Below, one piece after another: positions 60,901 to 64,000 of a stretch of DNA of 64,000 nucleotides. The stretch is taken from the NCBI GenBank assembly GCA_000002435.2, contig CM018792.1; one strand, written 5' to 3'. This DNA is from Giardia intestinalis. Its lineage: Eukaryota. A program made the position numbers and the translations under genes. Within the stretch, counting starts at the first letter, position 1. The number at the start of each line of letters is the position of its first letter. The notes beneath the pieces were generated by a model, which was given only the letters and a program-made list of their open reading frames with translations, was not told where the DNA came from and did not search any database.

Positions 60901-62176
60901 CAGCGCCAAACAGAAAGCTGGTCTCTAGTGGATCGAATGCGCGAATGGTGCTCCAGACAAGACGGATAAAGTGATAGGTCATGTAAAAGTGAACGAAGTG
61001 AATATACACCGACTTTTCAGATGCACTAAAAGCTTGCATCTCTTTCAGATTACTGCTGTTGGCATCTAGTTGTCTGAACACTTGCCACGATGCCAGGGCA
61101 CTCGGGAGGATGTCCGTTAGCGATCTAAAGTGCTCTATTAACGAGGCGAGTTCTCGATAGTATGAGATCTTAGCCTCTACACCGTTGTAGCGTGATAGCA
61201 GCTCATTAACACGGGGTAAAGAGGAGACGGCGAATTGTTCGACTAGTTCGGATAGAATAACCCTCGCAACCTCAATGTGTGGAAGAGTTTCGCGGATATC
61301 TGCTAGTAAGGCTTCGTACCCATAGGCAAGGGAGTACACGTGAATTTCGAAAAGGCTCAGCACCTTGTGAACCGCACAAGCCAGATTATAGACTGAATTA
61401 CTGCCAGAAGGACTAGTTAACGCCATGATATAGTCATCTAGTCGGTTAAAGTCGTTGAAAGACAAGTCTTCTAAAGAGGATACTTCTCCCAGAACCCGAG
61501 AGACGTTGCTCATGAAAAGCTTGGCGAAGGCAGATACTTGCTCATGATTGAGAGAGGATGGACCGTGCTCTTGGTAGGATGTAATCAGGTGTTCTAGGTT
61601 TAGTCGCATTGACTCAGAGCTATAGAAGTGGATAATGGGAATCTTGCTATACCGTAAAAATCCGGTCTTATCTGCTAGCTTTTGGGAGAACTCACGCATG
61701 AGAGCGAGCACTGATGCACCAAGAGAGCTTTGGGCGGCAACTGATGCATCGGTGCTGGAGGCCTCAGAGTCCAGGTAAATTCTGTCAATAAGACCGGCGA
61801 ACGTCTCAAGAACACTAGTTCTAGATGCATTTATCACTTGGATGGAGCGTGATAGCTCAGGTATTGCGCTCATGCTTGCAGGGGCAGCATTGGTTACATT
61901 GAGAATAAGCAAAGAGGTTCGGGAGACATCGCTAGGCTTATTATGGTCGACCTTTGTAAGTGCGCGGGTTTCAGGCTCTAAAAGGATTGACGAATGGATA
62001 GGCTGGATGACAATAGTTCCGGCCAGATCTATGGAAAGGTGGAAAGACATACTCCCACCTGAAAGAAAAGCAATCGCCGTCGTGTCTGCCATCATCTTCT
62101 CAAGCACGTTCTCGGACGGGACCCCAGACTGCATAGCGACGGCCCCTGCCAAGTACTGCGCAGCAACGCTCGGCAT
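45938..62176 (-). CDS. Dynein heavy chain (cytoplasmic-type AAA1 signature), 5412 aa
   Basis: AAA1 P-loop/Walker B FISPVGPAGTGKTEST..FVFNCDEAFDY..CFDEFNRL near 55090. AAA2 AGTSSTGKT near 53990. AAA3 LLIGPAGSGKT near 51920. Long coiled-coil stalk and C-terminal domain downstream. Roughly 2350-aa N-terminal tail. S/T/acidic low-complexity insert between AAA2 and AAA3. Confidence 0.9.
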   Translation of the reverse strand: MPSVAAQYLAGAVAMQSGVPSENVLEKMMADTTAIAFLSGGSMSFHLSIDLAGTIVIQPIHSSILLEPETRALTKVDHNKPSDVSRTSLLILNVTNAAPASMSAIPELSRSIQVINASRTSVLETFAGLIDRIYLDSEASSTDASVAAQSSLGASVLALMREFSQKLADKTGFLRYSKIPIIHFYSSESMRLNLEHLITSYQEHGPSSLNHEQVSAFAKLFMSNVSRVLGEVSSLEDLSFNDFNRLDDYIMALTSPSGSNSVYNLACAVHKVLSLFEIHVYSLAYGYEALLADIRETLPHIEVARVILSELVEQFAVSSLPRVNELLSRYNGVEAKISYYRELASLIEHFRSLTDILPSALASWQVFRQLDANSSNLKEMQAFSASEKSVYIHFVHFYMTYHFIRLVWSTIRAFDPLETSFLFGAGAISQNLISELAGVKAIEKYTSLTFKLAAYAPPYEIMDSDMLVDFSARLIALSGALVDIQRLREHVQLLCTSVPHVPASLIDRLTDVLRLARSHELAFMAQLSPEQDDVPDCSYQYLQQLSYLFTRSFIHPKAPSCSLFPNNPAAATVLRGLTSIPGLLASMNSYEDIYKGILDSLFSTNNIHTFITRYGEHFSRFAIIASLQPGTKNYYNALIVKFTAELSKTLSSTEQNVYLQLRTQREHVEIRELLLCELIEYYRKAVVSNENTHLQQLEIDDIREAAGTLLIRSTILPNLLTASLLLFSRSRHVFSIELLGVLLVRSSVIKADSLSSISKISTALAANLNTFSSKYSKWGELWTELLISSFYCPDTGLEATHLSQFLCEHVLAFERDSTRYQELSTRQAGILTVSRLPKTLHLLTTDSALEASSPPDLLVTTPVPSLFSAQSLCSSFAVAGRLPNASKILHSSIMQRYQSLFNAIVGILLPALKKFSQLIGHLAAWMGTTGNSKKVMDNSSLSYNLSVNISQIYAILVRLSIFGELCPNYVKFYSISDIYGSENRPNVSPFYEALFSPYFLSLPLQLVHVDNDFSMTYATHSGSQCGDMVRQDSLPENGTIDAYTAILSNQFRKLYRSVAQLDVAFISIVSETEIIREIISELIISKQSSVAKLLDKLRYSLNRLDANGVLSTETSSQKRSDPGRLATHYSLSVLISRIMTTRLIYALLILREQFLGDSNALQNYQTSLTNTDYHQFRAAKQSLFPFVANACRHLTVSLDDALMHVEPREAHALAALKSPAFLSIVDTIVSGIIGCELPVDPSALCLLSDVAPSPADADVASRGGLMNTQHLYKAHVPTIESFSRMIFAIQVDTLHGGELKLHNNVNLVTQLLNEIRADAIRSSSRFTRRLVRIHVCVDTWALDRAEKFVQSHSVTNSQLHSWVHVLDHADKDFQEAYYFLLNDGEKESFLRLVELSVSDDFKKAFYNRYKAFQNSVLAKVTECTLALIDHLTRLFSRLNTELQDLSGPRGNPRDEVDWNDSVAVLKCLAHSADADGLYIKHKDLLPRLRATLVLTANEQSMVDALIDNVYPTFAERYSYLKARVLEDKVSSARILANLQATENLFHESSLVNIAKVTDPSLMCPDVLTPDGSLDPGILLKHVQEVRQRLADLQKDLTDILGVAASASALFGINMSTCTNADMEALIVATEVIDSTYLPLCHKLTHLFDGLKGRDLNSSVLDCNSAAIDSALSAFCHELEHLIEDYLELGGVFQGNQKVVKWLEQNSTTWKNPSKLTAALSGYTHTLATLQPYLVQLCNPTSFHPSHWPEFLAELRFVCGTQANFPPALNIQTRLQTYTVYELLDHLLLFLSLSHQSLTSQKGASSDSGSVVHTQDKEPLRVLTGICESILSQARARSSVYGMINAHTLLSKSIPLTFVHRNDTHIISNLADITKSLESALLSISDLSTTPFYTEFSSQLIVLQETFILYLAAVKALTETQSEYIQLSSVLAQNMAIVKRYIKDAVLRYETAVADLAFMYSHLSDMPSKGTTDNLVHFFSFLGGVEACTSKILTIKDSLQYIAKSLATFIEQQRYVSPRLFFLTDDNILSVITALSSLLMPHCSDHSNSSQVIGVSTNNSDICMLEKHLSKIFPGFAHFIFASSSDLCHCAEPCENDDFIPSSLTGARLLIVGIVSPEGERFHLDSSQFFSISDLVASSANEIAIHPFLLKLETSIRLSMYEQILHCRRVLLTFLSDSVAVASSQIPCLLESHTCQAFIVGLHLVVTEILDLYTDDPDRVDLNRTGVALKELLAYIQVTYKGLYNIHCLLPEIIFLQSVVSLEATQGRSDEKRLDRFFAMKYYVSAKPFRSLVLNPSPWQKIYECPILVKVLSYSHVYSCNYVGSSPHLVQTELTSSHYTQSLIAIGSQFFISPVGPAGTGKTESTRQLSAHLGRPCFVFNCDEAFDYASVVRIMIGALLLGCVVCFDEFNRLAVDNLSSISLIVDAIQELLSKEESYRRVLELGNDTLIEASTHELRRTANSFMAQFSLNSQKYDPSRLSQLREFACFITMNPSYKGRRTLPKNISALFRIVMMSQAEVESIVDVLLVSLGFTFGRVLSRLVCMFYQRLEAVVAHIQSDAEQASKSSFHFAHDLGLRSIRMALRAGQLLIEDEPSLTQLLSSDSPDIREAAERYILVTGIRRTLLPTLSHHDIPQFNDLICSTFGRCEATIRARLSSDCSRRQITIPESSNYRHALKLLESVSLDDLLTKFVSQVTLQMGLVPNQAFLDKVLHLHMCLCLSPGTIIAGTSSTGKTAAQQVYYGARRALASFLTELTGVSQGALTTYTVSPLALQAKTKLLGTLIEPSREWIDSSFLRALREAIALSENMDSGTPCLLSRWPRFFFLFDCDINPDWIEAFNSVLDGNRCLTLCTGERIHIPDSVRFVFESSTLRHATLATISRCSVSIHHADTVPASDLAYGCLKRQLVMDNPHASSLLSLISETGHSRRTEQPPAQTRTQTGLPSRANLSNSIPNLHTQKYVLACLNAVAFDVFSSFLFASTPLYVTFHQSFIACHGLIDQLTNTQQAPSGTVITHKTGTLGRLFRTGKGLATGSGEFIDGILKGISADINTSSTSFSGTLSELLDHAKGRYKQYSPIDFSVTRVLATLVMMLKAAVAEAEKYFRTKITQIELGLAEARLSLRTMDLQKLVSPQTVSRVLSFSGISYNRLILFYVRQFIFGLAWSLSCQLPLAERHSLSNLVCRYYSDYLDQPSSEVSTKTPTHSGSGDASNADDADDLQFDLLAITYFNTKPSAPEVFAGYCVERTSDTTSSRLNTQERSLVTKAHTIPDSSDLNASSSLWLSATVQHPPPQSSYEEDGRRPPTQPAHTSLLTYVCSINSEYWQLNDPENCELRSFFVSTIHESMSTLMESSLTAHTRRARFEDASMPRNKLTHPLHNPTLESTSAGSQLVPNVDTQAYAMYLGSLVDQGRHVLLIGPAGSGKTVLLTHILNQNPNLRVVFTSFSSQTSPDDLISIFFNHFDVVPEDDHYILVSPARQTFCLIIDEINLVDKDCFDNQPVIEFLRFLLEHRYFIYDGVLPGSKDKKKPGAHEAKESPLETSAVIVLPFNIIIACSCNPPTDAGRSLLSERFMRQISTLYLDHPSHAALLSIYTAYTDDMLADILTESNLLSVLTPDTTTSLSISLASAMVSAYEQIAAAADREHSSSVYSPRDLTRWIASVKDHYGSYQLTDATGVFSCKRFVQLILYEGSAIFSTKLMTQPEKKATIAILARSLHGFLESLSKALCTWTADNPMLELSTFNTLLLQKNFKFNITSGASLTDSATHFASILTEQEAWSNLCYLFSKYHNKSANTLTLSHMEFVSDPIYHIMRTLNTPHGHLIISAEPGVFDASLLQFLAWLSESTIFELKTVKRYSLTDFREFLRGAIEAAVTKPGNVLVVISYETGLPINFLEHLNNLLCNGDVTGFLTKAQLHKTISLAGLSDLAQLQQMVKQKLHILFVVSSTLEGSGITFSPALYNRCQLISISRMPIYFLVLKGTGHVQALAFPKSVSDCLGRVTDTEPMLQQSIEACDRVSTETQQLLDILKQQQDDSVLEIQDTLTIAAQGLGPQQRLCAALALLHERAPSIVQQYHDVVGSLSLPEMLKTSHVARSITFHSLLHYERLCTRFALLYLQVYTDFCSQQNHLVKGLEILDIVQGRVSELQEELCTKKEKLAEMTVLTQEKLSEVIKLREITMASKAESVKLSTEITQKHEYIQARMESVQSELAEAEPALVAARGSIRTISKAALEEIRRMARPAEAITLVMAAVVIIISPTIAGINTSWEAVRKIMQRNNFQSSILMYNPAEDEHAAYRLERLAEYQSNPTFKKDIVSHASQPAGFLFDWVMSIYGFLKIKAKVQPLEQALLQIKEEASGLEIRRAEIMVELVEMEKNIDSLTAECSECEAHQIRLQNQADECENNTKQATIITELLSDEIKRWTEQQAGSEHILDKLMGDVLLEAFYETYAGSYTDNLRIELATFAEEILDALSISYSNGTALCLRGSLSNHILIERVLSPVTPVLLFDYTKGDLDHLRATYKKHIMVSALADDLMASVERALKFGFTLIIEDGDSLDPALFVLHRVVEEPATSTSLPTNSSPDARRSFIVELGGVVIPVHPDFGAIVLCQVVGRAIHFAAKCTVINFAHSDEKIFEILCNHLIEYLHPDLYSVQQKIEQDLSTHAKTIVSLEKELLCTLSAVDHSSILTNTGLISHLQATKARYRQINTQIETLRHQKKSYDAFKDELHDCTTVLARIFSVLRHLRDLEPGFLFNLEQMLFILDAALERFTTLAAKNYSDLLIIFIELCYDNTQSSLTLTARDATYKFLKEIATSEAPKAVTRKELKLRSHTTFTEYYSFYQKHTHCMLLNIIENTDPKSIVQAVIQDVKADANHGPLVHSVPFGVPDAHISKIAGILKAARDRDIILLTNMHLASASYCEDLCKVIQSHLKTYSNNISIIISIQGADDNSLTEEMRSLATSLGCVSFLSQKELNPVALYEQTRLDARQIALKQTSIILNTTTPSAEATEVDSEAQQAGQFFDSEFKCLLDKLTYIFVIFKLRASMRPYGFSGSYSFTSVDLRYAIELLVKEFAAQLAKDNKSFCPFANQFFEKLLHEICFGNRISALHDKVIAKRLIDKIVNMDALPTMVESCTGVFLNEALDGIMTAAQQKKVDDLHQVILGRVGYKSTKDPDSSSCITMSIVSAIISKLLSIRKSLQQVEEVSATLTSSHRWSSFSLAIFKVKCAARTTLLAYMHAAEKGPTALDELQRLLNEDALQHVSLLVDQYQYCTDVLEAMQTGNDDTITLLPLKLGSNAHQCFAALFQDLLSQGSPGASGSGEMAACFTTVAASSTVSVTVRSFLFVADHDVIQKSPSGGISTLFLTLEPAASVAHLAGIPVFLDDSRSTFLGFAQGMDEGDMMWDGSAFYFL

Positions 62177-62213
62177 TTCTATTTAAAAGGGAGGAGTTTT
62201 ACTTAGCTCCCAT

Positions 62214-63059
62214 TTACTTAGCTCTCATGGCGTCGTGAATGCTGCTATAGTAGTAGAAGAAGTTCTGGGCAACAAGGCCTCCAAGCCCAAAGTTGAAGTA
62301 GACGCGGCTGCCCCCAGAGGGCCACTCGATGCCCTTGAGCTTGAGGGTGTTGACCGTCCCAGAGATGGACCCACCGGCAGGGATCAGAGTCATCTCTGCG
62401 CCAGCAGGAACGTTCTCGGGGAAGATGCAGCGCACGCTGGGGTCCTCTTCTGAAGCCACAACTGTGATCACAAGGCTCTGCTCAAAATCGTACTTGGATC
62501 CTACCTGAACCACAGGAACCATGACGCCCGCGCCGGTCTTATTGGTGACGGTAATCTTGAATTCCCCGTTGCCAAACGGATTACCGTACTCAGTCGCATC
62601 TGGGGGAATGATCTGGTCAACGGTCATCTCGAGCCCCGCAGGTACAGCGTAGGCAGGGCGGCCCGAAGTAGCACAAACAGAGACTGCTCCCGTTGTGGCA
62701 CCGGTCCACTTCTTCGTGAAGGGAGACTTGGTTGCGCTGTCCCAGCCGTAGGGCACGGCCAGGATCTTCTCGGCCAACTTGCGTGCCTCGTCTTCCGAGG
62801 CAACAGCCTCCGCCGCCTTAAACACAAGCATGCCCTCGTCCTCCTCTCCGCCAAAAAGGTACGTCTTGCCCTTCTCCACCGGGCAACGGTCTCCGATGTA
62901 AAAGAACATCACGTCGTTGCACGCATTCCCACGGACCATCTTCAAGGGCTTGACGACTATGGAGCAGCGGCACTGGGGAGGAAGGGACATCGTTTGCATC
63001 CCCGGCATAAGCTGGGTGATAGTTCCGTAACCTATTGCGGGATGAGACTCGATAGGCAT
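62214..63059 (-). CDS. Hypothetical 281-aa protein, GC-rich and strongly codon-biased (likely abundantly expressed)
   Basis: ORF with GC3-biased codons similar to gdh. Gly/Val/Ala/Thr-rich, predicted beta-rich. No recognisable motif. Convincing as a gene, product unknown. Confidence 0.5.
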   Translation of the reverse strand: MPIESHPAIGYGTITQLMPGMQTMSLPPQCRCSIVVKPLKMVRGNACNDVMFFYIGDRCPVEKGKTYLFGGEEDEGMLVFKAAEAVASEDEARKLAEKILAVPYGWDSATKSPFTKKWTGATTGAVSVCATSGRPAYAVPAGLEMTVDQIIPPDATEYGNPFGNGEFKITVTNKTGAGVMVPVVQVGSKYDFEQSLVITVVASEEDPSVRCIFPENVPAGAEMTLIPAGGSISGTVNTLKLKGIEWPSGGSRVYFNFGLGGLVAQNFFYYYSSIHDAMRAK

Positions 63060-63131
63060 TTTATTTTCCTATCTGAGGCTGTCTCCTAGAATTTCCTTGA
63101 CTTGGAATAAGAGCCTTGTGCACGTATAGAT

Positions 63132-64000
63132 ATGCCCTGGACAGAGCAGGCCATCACCAATCTTGGTGCTCTAAAAAGTTCCTGTTACATCATGAAGGAG
63201 TCGTCCCCAGCCCTAGTCCACACTCAGCTTATTCCCACCGATCTTATGCCAGACAAGGCTGTGTGGATGATGAGGTGCGTAATAGAGCATTTCTCTGTCG
63301 CTTCTTCGCCCTTTCTAGTGGATATAAAAACAGTAGCCGCACCCTATGCTGGGGTTATCAAGTTCCGGGAAAAATGGTATGTTGGAACCTCTCTTCGCTC
63401 TGTTCTTCAGACCCAGGTCGCGTCTGGTACCAGGTTTTCGGAATCCACTATCTGGAGACTTGCGTATGGAATACTGAAGGCGTTGGCTTTTATGCATACA
63501 CCATCGTCGAGCGTGCAAAAGCTGACAGGACAGTACTGCTTTGTCCACGGCCATATTACCCCAGACACGGTTTTCCTTTCAACAAACCAGATGCCGAGAA
63601 TAGGAAGCCTTCACTGTTGTACATTAACTTCTTGCTGCCTCCCGAATGCTGAGACAGGAGGAAGATTCAAGCCTTATCTGCCACTCGACATAGATAGTAG
63701 CATTTTCCCTCCTCTCATCACTCCCGGCTACGAGCCCCTTGTAGACATATGGAGCCTAGGGATCTTGCTTTTGCAAGCTTGTGCTGTACCACGAGGTGAT
63801 CTTCGTTCCAATTATTCTGAAGAAATAGCTGATTTCATCGACAAATTACTCGTCGAGGATGATCGAATTCGTCCCACTGCCACAGAAGCGTTGCAAAATC
63901 CGAAGTTTACTGAGCTAGACACGGAGTACATCTCGCGGGGATCTAGTTACTCGGCGCACACGGAAGTGGATTTTAAAGAAGTCTCCTCGGTGTCCGCCCC
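63132..64000 (+). CDS. Protein-kinase-like gene, 3'-partial; probable pseudokinase (NEK-like) with degenerate catalytic loop
   Basis: Frame-3 ORF from ATG 63132 to the window end, absent from the ORF track because it has no stop within the window. Hand translation gives ..LGALKSSCYIMKE.. (degenerate Gly-loop/Lys), ALAFMH..VHGHITPDTVFL (HRD replaced by HGH), no DFG, then TPGYEPLVDIWSLGILL (subdomain IX) and RPTATEALQNPKF (subdomain XI). The listed ORF 63116..63652 is in a different frame. Confidence 0.55.
   Translation, partial: MPWTEQAITNLGALKSSCYIMKESSPALVHTQLIPTDLMPDKAVWMMRCVIEHFSVASSPFLVDIKTVAAPYAGVIKFREKWYVGTSLRSVLQTQVASGTRFSESTIWRLAYGILKALAFMHTPSSSVQKLTGQYCFVHGHITPDTVFLSTNQMPRIGSLHCCTLTSCCLPNAETGGRFKPYLPLDIDSSIFPPLITPGYEPLVDIWSLGILLLQACAVPRGDLRSNYSEEIADFIDKLLVEDDRIRPTATEALQNPKFTELDTEYISRGSSYSAHTEVDFKEVSSVSA

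Noticed and set aside
45938-62176. Midasin (MDN1/Rea1) as an alternative identity for the 5412-aa AAA protein
   Set aside because: The AAA1 Walker B is the dynein-specific CFDEFNRL and the P-loop context is GPAGTGKTE. P-loops start about 2350 aa from the N-terminus rather than near it. There is no C-terminal D/E-rich-plus-MIDAS arrangement.
63116-63652. Listed 178-aa ORF as the gene at the window's 3' end
   Set aside because: Its translation has no recognisable features. The overlapping frame-3 ORF (63132..end) carries kinase subdomains IX and XI and is the more credible coding frame.

Overview
Dense, intron-free protein-coding DNA on both strands with very short intergenic spacers (0-110 bp), usually carrying an AT-rich stretch immediately 5' of each ATG. 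This fits a compact protist genome. The ORF at 43461..44810 (-) matches, from memory, the NADP-specific glutamate dehydrogenase (gdh) used for Giardia genotyping. Ankyrin-repeat NEK kinases and ankyrin/RING 'protein 21.1'-type genes are also present, so I interpret the window as a Giardia intestinalis-like chromosomal segment. About 25 genes are called, in window order. Recognisable products: UPF1-like helicase, DEAD/DESD-box RNA helicase, NPL4, SMC5/6-like ATPase, ankyrin-RING protein, SHIPPO (PGPGxY) repeat protein, active NEK kinase with ankyrin tail, type II DnaJ, KTI12, CCT-delta chaperonin, tRNA isopentenyltransferase, GDH, and a 5412-aa dynein heavy chain with cytoplasmic-type FNCDE AAA1 signature. 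Unassigned genes: a 2011-aa helical giant, a type I membrane glycoprotein, a multipass membrane protein, and two paralogous genes flanking the DEAD-box helicase. A kinase-like gene with a degenerate catalytic loop runs off the 3' end in a frame missing from the ORF track. No rRNA, tRNA, CRISPR or transposon was recognised. Items worth follow-up: the paralog pair flanking the helicase; ultra-compact and overlapping gene ends; a ~0.9-kb ORF-free gap; GC-rich codon-biased islands at gdh and at 62214..63059; and low-complexity inserts in the dynein.
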